Made by a program: the position numbers and the translations under genes. Positions 1 through 8,701 of a DNA stretch of 25,571 bases are shown piece after piece. Origin of the DNA: a virus. Lineage: Duplodnaviria; Caudoviricetes. The notes below the pieces were generated by a model. The model searched no databases, was not told the origin of the DNA, and saw only the letters and a program-made list of their open reading frames with translations. How positions within the stretch are numbered: the stretch's first letter is position 1; each line of letters opens with the position of its first letter. The stretch spans positions 1 to 25,571 of IMG/VR virus record IMGVR_UViG_3300001347_000043. One strand, 5' to 3'.

Positions 1-1
1 T

Positions 2-415
2 CCTTTGAATAAAATAGTCGCTAGATGTAAAAACCTGTGCTAATGCACGGGGGCGGCTTCCTGCCGCGTCTCCAACATAAATAGCAGAGCCATTTTTTCT
101 TAAATAGACCGTTGCCGCTGCGGCGCCACCAGTACCAACTCCCGCATCGCATAACACCAAAATTTTACTAGATGCGCTAGATGGGGTTATAGTTACTTGG
201 ATAGGTGCGCTCGGTGTAGTTGAGTTTGTAGACCATGCGTCTGTTTTGACTGTTTGAACAACCTGCAACACCTTACCCACACCAGCACCACCTTGTAGCG
301 CCATTGTCCCCGCCTCATCAGGCAACACCAATGTTCGGTCGGTATTTGTTGCGGGCGAGGCTAAGGTGAATACCCCAGTTCCTGTTACCGCCCCTTGAAT
401 TGCTACTTTAGACAT
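2..415 (-). CDS. Tail fibre / receptor-binding-like protein, truncated at window edge; paralog of 683-1204
   Basis: Not in ORF track. ATG at 415 opens MSKVAIQGAVTGTGVFTLASPATNTDRTLVLPDEAGT...GKVLQVVQTVKTDAWS...VTITPSSASSKILV, open to the window edge. Shares VLQVVQxVKTD and ITPxSxSSKILV with 683-1204. GGAGG upstream. Confidence 0.75.
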   Translation of the reverse strand, partial: MSKVAIQGAVTGTGVFTLASPATNTDRTLVLPDEAGTMALQGGAGVGKVLQVVQTVKTDAWSTNSTTPSAPIQVTITPSSASSKILVLCDAGVGTGGAAAATVYLRKNGSAIYVGDAAGSRPRALAQVFTSSDYFIQR

Positions 416-686
416 TAGATGCCTCCTTTGGATATTTTGCCTTAACTGTTTGGACTTTAGCCAGCATTGCGGCGGCTTCATTTCCACCTTTCCACAAGGC
501 ATCTAGTTGATCGCCGATGGGTGGGTATTCGGATGCTCGTTGTTGTTTGTATTGGTCAGGGTCAACCCAAGCGTTAACAAGGGCTAGGTCAATAGAGACT
601 TGGTTACCGTTTGCGTCAAATGCACCAGCACCGTCATCCACTGTGACCACTTGCGGGTAAAGTGCGTAAATTGCTTTGTGGTTCAT
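408..686 (-). CDS. Small tail-fibre-associated (assembly chaperone-like) protein
   Basis: YKQQRASEYPPIGDQLDALW...VKAKYPK motif typical of small proteins following phage fibre genes; overlaps both neighbours. Confidence 0.6.
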   Translation of the reverse strand: MNHKAIYALYPQVVTVDDGAGAFDANGNQVSIDLALVNAWVDPDQYKQQRASEYPPIGDQLDALWKGGNEAAAMLAKVQTVKAKYPKEASNV

Positions 687-1204
687 GCTGCTATCTCCAT
701 AAGTGTAATCTGGCTTGTTCCACCGAAGTATAGGTCAGTGCTTCTAAGGTTTACATATCCAGTAGCGCCAAGAGTATTTATTTGAATTTTATATGTGGTT
801 GCTGATGTTGTAGCTGGAGAATCTAAAAAAGTAATTGGCACAGAAATAAATGAATAATTTGTTCCATAAGGCATGGTGGCTGTTGAATTAACAGTAGCAC
901 TTGTGCTTTGGCAAATATTGCCAGAGTTTCTCATTAAATTAATTGTGAAATTACCATTAAGCGGGTTTCCAACGCTGAGAGTAGCTACGACAAGTATTTT
1001 GCTCGATGAAGATGTAGGTGTAATAGATACCGACAACCCAGTCACATCAACATATCCGTCTGTTGAGGAACTAAAGCTGTCTGTTTTAACGACCTGCACA
1101 ACCTGCAACACACTACCCGCTGGCATATCCGCAGAGGAAAACTGCGCCACGCTATCTAAGGCTGGCGTTGTAATGCCCGTTGTGCCATTTAAAACTATAC
1201 TCAT
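683..1204 (-). CDS. Tail fibre head / receptor-binding-like protein
   Basis: Ser/Thr-rich beta protein with VLQVVQ, ITPTSSSSKILV, LDSPATTSATTYKIQ and C-terminal SQITLMEIAA; lies in the tail cluster; GGAG RBS. Confidence 0.7.
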   Translation of the reverse strand: MSIVLNGTTGITTPALDSVAQFSSADMPAGSVLQVVQVVKTDSFSSSTDGYVDVTGLSVSITPTSSSSKILVVATLSVGNPLNGNFTINLMRNSGNICQSTSATVNSTATMPYGTNYSFISVPITFLDSPATTSATTYKIQINTLGATGYVNLRSTDLYFGGTSQITLMEIAA

Positions 1205-1213
1205 ATAATCTCC

Positions 1214-1531
1214 TTAAAGAACTAACCAGCGTGAGCCAGTTGGTACTGTTACTGTCGCGCCAGAGTCAATCGTAATTGGCCCAGTGCTCATAGCATTCTT
1301 ACCACTTGTGATAGAGTAGCTATTAGTCACTGTTTGACCATTCTCGTAAAAAACATCATCAGTAGCAGCACCAGTAGCGCCCCCACCCACTTGAACAACA
1401 GAACCACCACTGTTCTTAGTGTACATCTTCCTATCTTCGACGTTTAACGCCAGTTCTCCTACAGCTACATCTTCAGTAGCTGGAACAGAACCTGATGTGG
1501 TACTGTTCTTAATAATAATCGTGTTAGCCAT
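1214..1531 (-). CDS. Short tail fibre adaptor protein
   Basis: N-terminal IKNSTTSGSVP...GELALNVEDRKMY resembles fibre N-terminal docking domains; C-terminal VFYENGQTVTNSYSITSGKNAMSTGPITI module; TAATG-coupled to the upstream gene. Confidence 0.65.
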   Translation of the reverse strand: MANTIIIKNSTTSGSVPATEDVAVGELALNVEDRKMYTKNSGGSVVQVGGGATGAATDDVFYENGQTVTNSYSITSGKNAMSTGPITIDSGATVTVPTGSRWLVL

Positions 1532-2346
1532 TAGTATGTTCCTCCATTAATGGTCGAAGTCCATGAAGCATTAGTTCCATCTGTTGTTAAAAAAGTTCCT
1601 GCATTGCCAGTTTGACTAGGTAGTGAATCAACATCAGCCCAAGAAGCTGCTGTCCCGTCTGTTGTTAAGTATTTACCAGTGTTGCCTGTTTGAGTAGGTA
1701 AGGCATCAACAGTAGTCCACTCGGTATCGTAATCAGTAGCGCTTGCTTTGGTTAAAACCTGACCAGTCGTGCCGCCAACAACAACACCAGCCCCTGTTGC
1801 ACCTGTCTCGCCCTGAATACCCTGTATACCTTGGATACCTTGGATACCCTGAGCACCAGTGTCTCCTGTTTCACCTTGGATACCCTGTATACCTTGGATA
1901 CCTTGGATACCTTGGTCACCTTGAGGGCCTTGGTCACCTTGGATGCCTTGAGCACCTGTATCACCAGTGTCACCTTGGATACCTTGGATGCCTTGAATAC
2001 CTTGTATGCCTTGGTCACCCTGAATACCTTGGATGCCTTGATCGCCTTGTGGCCCTTGAGCACCAGTGTTTCCTGTTATACCTTGTACCCCTTGAGGCCC
2101 TTCAGGAATAACAAAAGCTAGTGCCTGTGCTCCAGCAAGACCACTAATAGTTACTGAGGCGTTTGTTCCTACGGCTCCAGTGGTGGTAGAGTTAACAGTA
2201 AGTCTGGAAGCGTTAGAAGCGTCTACAACCGCTTGTTCTGCTTCTGTAGCGGCGGTCTCAGCACGTATCGTGAGGGCTGTAACAGCCGAGATGGAAGCAT
2301 CGTTTGTTGCATCTCCACTCCCCCCAACGCCACGGTAAATAGCCAT
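1531..2346 (-). CDS. Collagen-like tail fibre protein
   Basis: Long Gly-X-Y tract (GIQ/GDQ/GPQ/GDT), GGTTGQVLTKAS motif, two LPxQTGNxGxxLTTDGTxASW repeats, ends INGGTY. Confidence 0.85.
   Translation of the reverse strand: MAIYRGVGGSGDATNDASISAVTALTIRAETAATEAEQAVVDASNASRLTVNSTTTGAVGTNASVTISGLAGAQALAFVIPEGPQGVQGITGNTGAQGPQGDQGIQGIQGDQGIQGIQGIQGIQGDTGDTGAQGIQGDQGPQGDQGIQGIQGIQGIQGETGDTGAQGIQGIQGIQGIQGETGATGAGVVVGGTTGQVLTKASATDYDTEWTTVDALPTQTGNTGKYLTTDGTAASWADVDSLPSQTGNAGTFLTTDGTNASWTSTINGGTY
1786..2100 (-). repeat. Collagen-coding 9-nt tandem repeats (GGTATCCAA / GGTATACAG variants)
   Basis: Repeated ACCTTGGAT units are visible on the + strand. Confidence 0.9.
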
Positions 2347-2513
2347 TATTTAGTTCCCTTAGGTTTAGTTTTTATGGTCTTTACAGGAGGACTCTTTTGT
2401 ACTTCTTCTTCTATTACTTCTTCGTAGTCTTCTTGCAAACGAACCTGTTCAATGTCATATTCATTATGAAATTCTACAAAATTACCACTCTGTTTACATC
2501 TAAATTTAGCCAT
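2346..2513 (-). CDS. Small hypothetical virion-cluster protein (55 aa)
   Basis: Not in ORF track: MAKFRCKQSGNFVEFHNEYDIEQVRLQEDYEEV...KPKGTK; AGGAG RBS; TAATG overlap with the next gene. Confidence 0.75.
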   Translation of the reverse strand: MAKFRCKQSGNFVEFHNEYDIEQVRLQEDYEEVIEEEVQKSPPVKTIKTKPKGTK

Positions 2514-2551
2514 AGAATCTCCTAGTTCATTTAGTCCCCTCTTAGGAAGAG

Positions 2552-2585
2552 ACTAAAGGAACGGGGCTGCTCATAACAACCCCGC
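2552..2585 (-). terminator. Probable leaky rho-independent terminator after the major capsid gene
   Basis: Minus strand GCGGGGTTG-ttatgag-CAGCCCCGT followed by TCCTTTAGT (weak U-tract); a second hairpin lies at 2530-2557. Confidence 0.6.
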
Positions 2586-2600
2586 TGTTCTACTTAGCTA

Positions 2601-3527
2601 TCAAGCAGCCATTGCGATTGCAACAGCGGCTTCATCACGCAGCTCTTTTACGCCATACAGCATGTCAGAGGTGAACAATGTTGCCAAGTAGTCTTGCTTG
2701 TACTGAGTCTGTGCGCGAACGCCCATCTGCTCTGCCAACACAAAAGCGTCCTTGTGGAACATCATACCAATACGAGCATCGCCAGTAGCGGTCTCGCAGT
2801 TGGTAGAAACGTAAACCTTCACGCCATAGACGTTACCAATTTGACCGTTACGGATAGTGTTGTTAGAACCAACGTCACCCACAAAAGCTTGCTCAGTGAA
2901 ACGAGCCAAACCCATCATCACGTTACGAGCTACAGGGGGCAGGACCAAACAACGATTGTCCATAGGCACGTCTGCATCATCCAACGTCTGGATAACCTTA
3001 CGGATACCAGCGTCAGTGATTGCAGCTTCGTTACCGCCCGTGTACAGGGTAGTACCGTCAGAAGCGATAACAGCCTTGTCATAAGCAATAGTACCGTTAC
3101 CACCTTGAGCACCACGGCCCAATTGAATCAGATCGGTATCTACTTGACGAGCCAAAGCGTAGCCAGCATCAGCAGTATAGAACTGACGCAATGAAGACAG
3201 AGCTTGGGTCTCTGTAATGTCTTCAATAAAGCGGCTGTACTCATAGTGCTTGTTAACCAACACTTGGATTTCGGTCTCAGCGTCTGCTTGGATCGTAACT
3301 GCGGTTGCAGCTGCTTTCACAGCGGCGTTGCCACGAGTAGGCTTAGGGATGTGCAAGGTATCGCCCTTTTTGCCCTTGAAGGACATCTTAGAGACGAGGT
3401 TTGCCATAACGAGGTTTTGCTTGTAGGCTGCGATGATTTCGTCAGACCACAATTCTGGGATAAATACACCAGCGTTTGCTTTGGTTACTACACTACTTGC
3501 GCCGCCGGGATATGCTGCTGTTGCCAT
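2601..3527 (-). CDS. Major capsid protein
   Basis: 308 aa with FIPELWSDEI, KGKKGDTLHIPK and C-terminal SDMLYGVKELR motifs typical of podovirus HK97-fold capsids; follows the scaffold gene; AAGGA RBS. Confidence 0.9.
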   Translation of the reverse strand: MATAAYPGGASSVVTKANAGVFIPELWSDEIIAAYKQNLVMANLVSKMSFKGKKGDTLHIPKPTRGNAAVKAAATAVTIQADAETEIQVLVNKHYEYSRFIEDITETQALSSLRQFYTADAGYALARQVDTDLIQLGRGAQGGNGTIAYDKAVIASDGTTLYTGGNEAAITDAGIRKVIQTLDDADVPMDNRCLVLPPVARNVMMGLARFTEQAFVGDVGSNNTIRNGQIGNVYGVKVYVSTNCETATGDARIGMMFHKDAFVLAEQMGVRAQTQYKQDYLATLFTSDMLYGVKELRDEAAVAIAMAA

Positions 3528-3550
3528 AATAATTTCCTTTTAAAAATGTT

Positions 3551-4354
3551 TTATTTAACTCGACCTTCGGAATAAGCTCTCATGATTTCATCAGAAAGTG
3601 CTTGATACCGATCAGGGTCTCGTCGCATGAGTTCAATGATGTCGGAGCGTCGGTATGTCTTCTTAGAACTCTCTCCAGTGCCTTTGCTGCTTCCGGTACT
3701 AGCGGCTTTTATTGCCTGCTTACGGGAAACCTTCTCAACATCAGCGGTCTGTTGTACTACATTTTGTCTTTCTTTCCATGTAGATAACAGTTCACTGGCT
3801 GCGTCAAAGTCAAACCGTTGATCAGCACGGACATATAGCTCTTGGCGAACCTTACTGTTCATCACCCAGTCTTGAAACGAACTACTTTGTATAATGTCCG
3901 TATAATCAGGATGACTTGCTTTAAGGTTGTTTAAAGCTTCTGCCTTTTGCATTCGGGACGCAAGCTCTTCAGCTTGACGTACCTTAGGGTGCTTATCAAT
4001 AGCTCTTGCTACAGCTGCATTGGGATCGTCATAAAAATCGATCTCTTCTTCTTCGACTTTAGGGGCTTGTTGTGAGATGGTTTGGGCGCGAATGTAATCA
4101 TCTACTACTTTACGAAGTTCTCCAACTTCACTCCCTTGCTTACCCATAGCCCTTTCGGCCTCTTGGTGCATACGAACAATGTCTTTAACAGATTTGTTCT
4201 TATACTTCTCAGGAATATCGTCTTCATCTTCGTTTTCGTAAGAATCAGCGGTTTGCTCCTCTAAGGAATCCTCTGTTTCTGTGTCGAGGGTGTCGAATTG
4301 CTCGTCCTCGGTTGCTTGAGATGTATTCTCGTCTTCATCAATAAATGTTGCCAT
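3551..4354 (-). CDS. Capsid scaffolding protein
   Basis: Acidic N-terminus, IPEKYKNKS...GKQGSEVGELRK, helical composition, C-terminal AYSEGRVK; directly upstream of the capsid gene. Confidence 0.85.
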   Translation of the reverse strand: MATFIDEDENTSQATEDEQFDTLDTETEDSLEEQTADSYENEDEDDIPEKYKNKSVKDIVRMHQEAERAMGKQGSEVGELRKVVDDYIRAQTISQQAPKVEEEEIDFYDDPNAAVARAIDKHPKVRQAEELASRMQKAEALNNLKASHPDYTDIIQSSSFQDWVMNSKVRQELYVRADQRFDFDAASELLSTWKERQNVVQQTADVEKVSRKQAIKAASTGSSKGTGESSKKTYRRSDIIELMRRDPDRYQALSDEIMRAYSEGRVK

Positions 4355-4405
4355 ATTGTACTCCGTGCTCTAAAGCATTGTGGAAAAGAAACTAGTGCTT
4401 GTGCG

Positions 4406-4639
4406 TTAAGCGGCACCTTTTTGTTCTGCTTTAATCTTCTCAGCACGTTTTCGTTCCCATTGCATTGCTGCTCCGGGAAAGTCGCCAGTAACGCCCTCAA
4501 GTTTTACCATTGGCGTGCTTATGATTCTTTCAGCAGTTTTGTCACAGATCGGACAGTGGGTTGCCCGGCAAGCCGAGTCCACTAATTTGTCTGACAAGTG
4601 ACCGTCTTCGCAAACAAACTCAAATATACGTCTAGCCAT
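4406..4639 (-). CDS. FmdB-like zinc-ribbon protein
   Basis: MARRIFEFVCEDGH...CPICDKTAERIIS (CxxxH...CxxC). Start moved to ATG 4639, which follows GGAGG. Confidence 0.75.
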   Translation of the reverse strand: MARRIFEFVCEDGHLSDKLVDSACRATHCPICDKTAERIISTPMVKLEGVTGDFPGAAMQWERKRAEKIKAEQKGAA

Positions 4640-4874
4640 TATCTTCCTCCGATGCGTCTTCATAACTATTTTTTATGGTAGACTCATAAGAGAGGATACG
4701 GTTGACAGCTTCAAGTTGTCCACGTCGATACCACAGTTGTTTCTCGTCTGAAATGGTTAGAATGTCACCAAGCACATCAGCGTTTCCTTTGATGTCCTCA
4801 ATGAAGTCTTTCCACCCATCTTGAGTAAACAGTTGTAGTAAATTTTCGTAATAATCTTGTAATTCTTTATTCAT
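4632..4874 (-). CDS. Conserved hypothetical protein downstream of portal
   Basis: LFTQDGWKDF...LWYRRGQL pattern; AAAGGA RBS; first gene after a sigma-70 promoter. Confidence 0.75.
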   Translation of the reverse strand: MNKELQDYYENLLQLFTQDGWKDFIEDIKGNADVLGDILTISDEKQLWYRRGQLEAVNRILSYESTIKNSYEDASEEDNG

Positions 4875-4911
4875 CTCTTTGTCCTTTCGTATTAGGAGAG
4901 ACCCTGTGTAT

Positions 4912-4940
4912 ATTATACCACACTTTTACTGTTTTGTCAA
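4912..4940 (-). promoter_or_regulatory. Sigma-70 promoter for the scaffold/capsid operon
   Basis: TTGACA-17 bp-TATAAT with TG extension (TTGACAaaacagtaaaagtgTGgTATAAT); the -35 overlaps the portal stop codon. Confidence 0.9.
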
Positions 4941-6916
4941 GCTTTTTTATTCATCATTTGCATTGTGGCTATTCGCTCATTGCTAACAATGTCACGTTCT
5001 TTTAGCATTAGCTCAGCAATCTTAGCTCGTTTGGCAAACTCATCCTCATCTGCGTTACCTTCTTGAAGGTTAGTAGAGAGGGCTGCTGCCAGTTTAGCTT
5101 TGACCACTTCAGGCTCCAATTGAGCCTCTATGGCGTACTTTTGTGCCTTAGCCTGTGTTTCAGCCACCTGAGCCTGCAAAAGCTGCATCTGGAGCTGTGC
5201 CGTTTGCATCTGCATTTGCATCTGTTGTTGCTGCATTTGCTGCTGCTCAGGGTTAGGCTGAGAAGATTGCTTCATTTGAGCCATTAGCTCCTCACGGTTA
5301 GATATACCCATGTTATCCACAACAGCTGAGATCAGCATGGGGTAGATTGGGTTATCTTGGCCTACGGTCTGCAAGAGTTGTACAAGTTGTGTTACCTCAT
5401 ACTCACGAGCAATAACACCCAATGATGATGAAGGTATAAACTTATAATCGCTAACGGGATAATTATCTGGATCAAATTGCATGTACCTCCACGCTGTCTT
5501 CTCAATCATGGGGATTAGGAAGGATTCTTGGAAGTTAATCAAGGTACGCTTATGACGCTTGATAATTGCACCCAAAGACATGGATACAGCCCCTGCTGCT
5601 GCTTCACCGTTAATACTACCGGGAATACCAGCGGCATCTACAGCTCCTGTAGCCATCTGAACCATCTTCTGCAAATCAGCCGCCTGAGCGAAAGTCACTT
5701 GATCTAGGTTACCAAACTTAAAGGGCTGGAGGATCTCCGCAGGGTTACCGTTGGTAAGGATAGTCTTACCGGGACGGACTTCTAACTTAGCGCCACGGGG
5801 CATACGAGAGGCATCCATGGCAATCATAGGATGCACTGTAAGCGCTAAGGCATCAATACGAGCACGTAACTCAGCATCCAAAGCCTTCTGGCTGTTATAG
5901 CCCTTCTCGCAGATACCACGGCCCCAGAAGCGACTTGGGACCACATCCCAAGGGAAAGCCACTACAGGGCGGTCCTGCATCATGTAGGGGTTTTCTTCAA
6001 TCTTCAGAAGCTGACCGCCATTGGCAACAACAATGATTACCTCAATGTAGCCTTCATTCTTATCATCGTCATCGTCTTCTTTAGAATCATCTGTTTCTAA
6101 GTCAGACATTTCGTCTTCTTCTGAATCGTTAAGAGCAGCCGTGTACATGTGCTTAGGAACTAAACCATAGTAACGGGTTAAACGTACCTTATCGTCTTCA
6201 TAGGCCGTTATGTCTTTATCTGCTTCCAGATCAGTATCTGTATCAGCATCTTCAAGCTCAACATCGTTATAAATGCCAGATTCAATACCTTGCTGTACTT
6301 GGTGCTTAGGCACAAACTCATCAATTATGACACCCATAGCGTCTTCAATGGTTGTAGCCACAGGATCAATCAAGAAGTTCTGAGGAAGCACAGGACGCAG
6401 TTTAACAACAAAGCGATCACTAATGTTTACACCCACGGCCTGCATAGCACCATCCATAAGAGGCTGGGTAGCAGGTTTCATTTCCTTGACTTCTTCTAGT
6501 ACTATTTCAGCACAACCAGTACCAAAGACTGCGGAGTTAATAAGACATTCTGCCACAGCGCGACGGGTCTTTGTAAACTTAAAGTCCTCATCTAACTGGT
6601 TCTTAAGATATTCAACGTCACCTTTTTGCTGATCATTGCGGTCATCTTGAATGTCAAACCACTTACCTCGACCAAAGGTGGCCTCTTCTACCTCAGCGAC
6701 AGCACTTTCGACCGCCTGTTGTAGGGCAGGGGAGATCAGACGTGAGCGCTCTGAGTCACGGGTCTTGTCCTCTGCTGCCCAGACACCACGCCAGAGGCGA
6801 TAGTACTCGTCAAACTTGTCTTTATAGTTGGTATTGTAATGGTCGCGCCAGCGCTCGGCCTTGTCCATCACCCATTCTTCAACCTTAGGTTCCATGTATT
6901 TTTTATCGTCGTCCAT
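4937..6916 (-). CDS. Portal protein (P22-like head-tail connector)
   Basis: 659 aa between terL and scaffold; NFLIDP, ENPY, FWGRGI motifs; Gln-rich coiled-coil C-terminus. Confidence 0.9.
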   Translation of the reverse strand: MDDDKKYMEPKVEEWVMDKAERWRDHYNTNYKDKFDEYYRLWRGVWAAEDKTRDSERSRLISPALQQAVESAVAEVEEATFGRGKWFDIQDDRNDQQKGDVEYLKNQLDEDFKFTKTRRAVAECLINSAVFGTGCAEIVLEEVKEMKPATQPLMDGAMQAVGVNISDRFVVKLRPVLPQNFLIDPVATTIEDAMGVIIDEFVPKHQVQQGIESGIYNDVELEDADTDTDLEADKDITAYEDDKVRLTRYYGLVPKHMYTAALNDSEEDEMSDLETDDSKEDDDDDKNEGYIEVIIVVANGGQLLKIEENPYMMQDRPVVAFPWDVVPSRFWGRGICEKGYNSQKALDAELRARIDALALTVHPMIAMDASRMPRGAKLEVRPGKTILTNGNPAEILQPFKFGNLDQVTFAQAADLQKMVQMATGAVDAAGIPGSINGEAAAGAVSMSLGAIIKRHKRTLINFQESFLIPMIEKTAWRYMQFDPDNYPVSDYKFIPSSSLGVIAREYEVTQLVQLLQTVGQDNPIYPMLISAVVDNMGISNREELMAQMKQSSQPNPEQQQMQQQQMQMQMQTAQLQMQLLQAQVAETQAKAQKYAIEAQLEPEVVKAKLAAALSTNLQEGNADEDEFAKRAKIAELMLKERDIVSNERIATMQMMNKKA

Positions 6917-7038
6917 TACATAGCTTTCTTAGCGCGACTGTTGCGTTTTGGCAACGGACGTGGTGTTTTCTTTAGGCACTTACCTGCTGACTTACATTTA
7001 GCAGGAGTAGGGCAACCGGGGCATGGTTTAAAACTCAT
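6916..7038 (-). CDS. Small Cys-rich basic protein (40 aa)
   Basis: Not in ORF track: MSFKPCPGCPTPAKCKSAGKCLKKTPRPLPKRNSRAKKAM; GAAAGG RBS; TAATG-coupled to portal. Confidence 0.7.
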   Translation of the reverse strand: MSFKPCPGCPTPAKCKSAGKCLKKTPRPLPKRNSRAKKAM

Positions 7039-7058
7039 TGTTTACCTTTCTAGTTTAA

Positions 7059-7298
7059 TTAACATTTCCACTTCTTGAGTGCTAATGCTTTACGAGTAGG
7101 ACTTCCGTCCGGTTTCTTCATAGGTCCTTTAACACCGCCCATACGAGCACAGAAGGATTTCTTACGAGCACCACCCTCAGGCTGTGGACGCTTAAGGTTA
7201 CTACCTGTGGCTGCATTGATTCGCTTACGGCCTGACTCTGAAAGACCGCCTGTGGGATTCTTGTCCTTCTTGGTAAGAGAAATCTTCTTATCAGCCAT
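7059..7298 (-). CDS. Small basic phage protein (DUF6321-like)
   Basis: KNPTGGLSESGR...RKKSFCARMGG...ALALKKWKC motif; start placed at MADKK, overlapping the upstream stop. Confidence 0.75.
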   Translation of the reverse strand: MADKKISLTKKDKNPTGGLSESGRKRINAATGSNLKRPQPEGGARKKSFCARMGGVKGPMKKPDGSPTRKALALKKWKC

Positions 7299-7446
7299 TT
7301 TTGGCCTTCTTGGCTGTCTTAGCAGCCTTTTGGAACTGTTTAGCCGTAGGAGCACCCTTTGTACCGGGTGTTCTCATTTTCTCTTTACTACCCGCAGCTA
7401 TGCGCTTACGTTTAGCATGGATATTTGCATAAAGTCCGTTTGCCAT
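7291..7446 (-). CDS. Small basic protein (51 aa)
   Basis: Not in ORF track: MANGLYANIHAKRKRIAAGSKEKMRTPGTKGAPTAKQFQKAAKTAKKAKNG; fills the gap directly after the terL stop. Confidence 0.8.
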   Translation of the reverse strand: MANGLYANIHAKRKRIAAGSKEKMRTPGTKGAPTAKQFQKAAKTAKKAKNG

Positions 7447-7447
7447 C

Positions 7448-8701
7448 TTACCACCCCGCTACTGCGTCTATAGGTTCCCAATCGTCTTCTTCAAAGTCAG
7501 CGACATAGGATACCTTTGCCAATTGTTCGATATACGATAACGAGTCTACCAAGTCATCATGTACCAGCTTATTTGGGAATTGAAACAACTGGTCCAAGAA
7601 CTCGTTATTCCAATCACCTTTGTTTAGTGTTATGTAGCCATTCTCGAAACGACCTTGTAAAGACCAAACAACCCTATCTGTCTTCTTCTTGTTACCATGG
7701 GCCAGCTCATCAACTCTAAAGAATGTCTGAGAGCGTCTCATGATGTCACTAAGGTATGGCATAACGGCCTGTCGTGCAATACCCTTCTCAATCCCTACAG
7801 CGTTTGGTTCGTACTTCTTGACCACATCAAAGATCTTCTTAGCGGTCTTCTTTACGTCCCAACGACCATAGATAATTTCCTTGACATACCACCCCTTCTC
7901 GTTTGCCTTTACAACGGCAATAGAGGTGTTGTCTAGACGCTTGTTTTTAACTCCTGTAGAACCTTCTTCTTCAAAGCCTGCCAAGTCAATTGCAATGTAG
8001 TAGTCGCCAGACTCAGGTTCATCTTCATCGAACTTAATCCACTTCTCTTTGAATAGTTCGCCTCCAGCAGCCTCGAAGGATGCCATAAATTCCTGCCGGA
8101 ACGAGAATGAGGACATACTCTTTTTTGCTGCTTCAATTTCATTAGGGTCTAGTAAGGGGTTATCAAAGGAAGTAAAGTGGAATGCGCTAAAGGTTGGGTC
8201 TTCGCCTCGAAGGCCATGTTGATATAAATCATAGAAGTGGTTACGACCCATAGGGGTACCAATGAACAACGCAGAACCCTTCTGGTCAGCTAGAGCAGGC
8301 CTAAGGATCTGTTCCCAGACCTCTGGCTTCATGTCAGCATACTCGTCCATCACCAAGAACTTCAACGACACACCACGCATGGTCTCTGGTCTATCAGCAC
8401 CCTTGAGGGAGATTGTAGCTCCATTGACAAGCTTAAGCTGTAGGTTGTTAATGTGACTACCTTGGATAACCGGATGGCCTACCTCTAACAATGTCTGCCA
8501 CATAATGTCACGGGCCTGCCCTTGGGTCGGTGCGACATAAAAGACATGCCCCTTCTCAGCTTGTAGGGCATTAACAATAAGAAGATATGCTGCTAGACGA
8601 GACTTACCTGTACGCCGACCAGCGGCTACGACCTTAAATCGATGCTCATCATTCCAGACCTCTTGTTGCCAAGGGAGTAGTTTAATTTGTAGATCAGACA
8701 T
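7448..8701 (-). CDS. terL: Terminase large subunit
   Basis: Walker A AGRRTGKS, YVAPT, Walker B VMDE, GTP coupling motif, RNase H-like IDLAG and HDDLVDSL. Confidence 0.97.
   Translation of the reverse strand: MSDLQIKLLPWQQEVWNDEHRFKVVAAGRRTGKSRLAAYLLIVNALQAEKGHVFYVAPTQGQARDIMWQTLLEVGHPVIQGSHINNLQLKLVNGATISLKGADRPETMRGVSLKFLVMDEYADMKPEVWEQILRPALADQKGSALFIGTPMGRNHFYDLYQHGLRGEDPTFSAFHFTSFDNPLLDPNEIEAAKKSMSSFSFRQEFMASFEAAGGELFKEKWIKFDEDEPESGDYYIAIDLAGFEEEGSTGVKNKRLDNTSIAVVKANEKGWYVKEIIYGRWDVKKTAKKIFDVVKKYEPNAVGIEKGIARQAVMPYLSDIMRRSQTFFRVDELAHGNKKKTDRVVWSLQGRFENGYITLNKGDWNNEFLDQLFQFPNKLVHDDLVDSLSYIEQLAKVSYVADFEEDDWEPIDAVAGW

Noticed and set aside
2-1204. Diversity-generating retroelement acting on the paralogous fibre heads
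   Set aside because: No reverse transcriptase in the window and no near-identical template/variable repeat pair differing at adenines.
1743-2121. Alternative-frame ORFs over the collagen tract
   Set aside because: Shadow ORFs caused by stop-free 9-nt repeats.
2694-8456. Plus-strand ORFs antisense to capsid, scaffold, portal and terL
   Set aside because: They fully overlap well-supported genes and lack RBSs or recognisable motifs.
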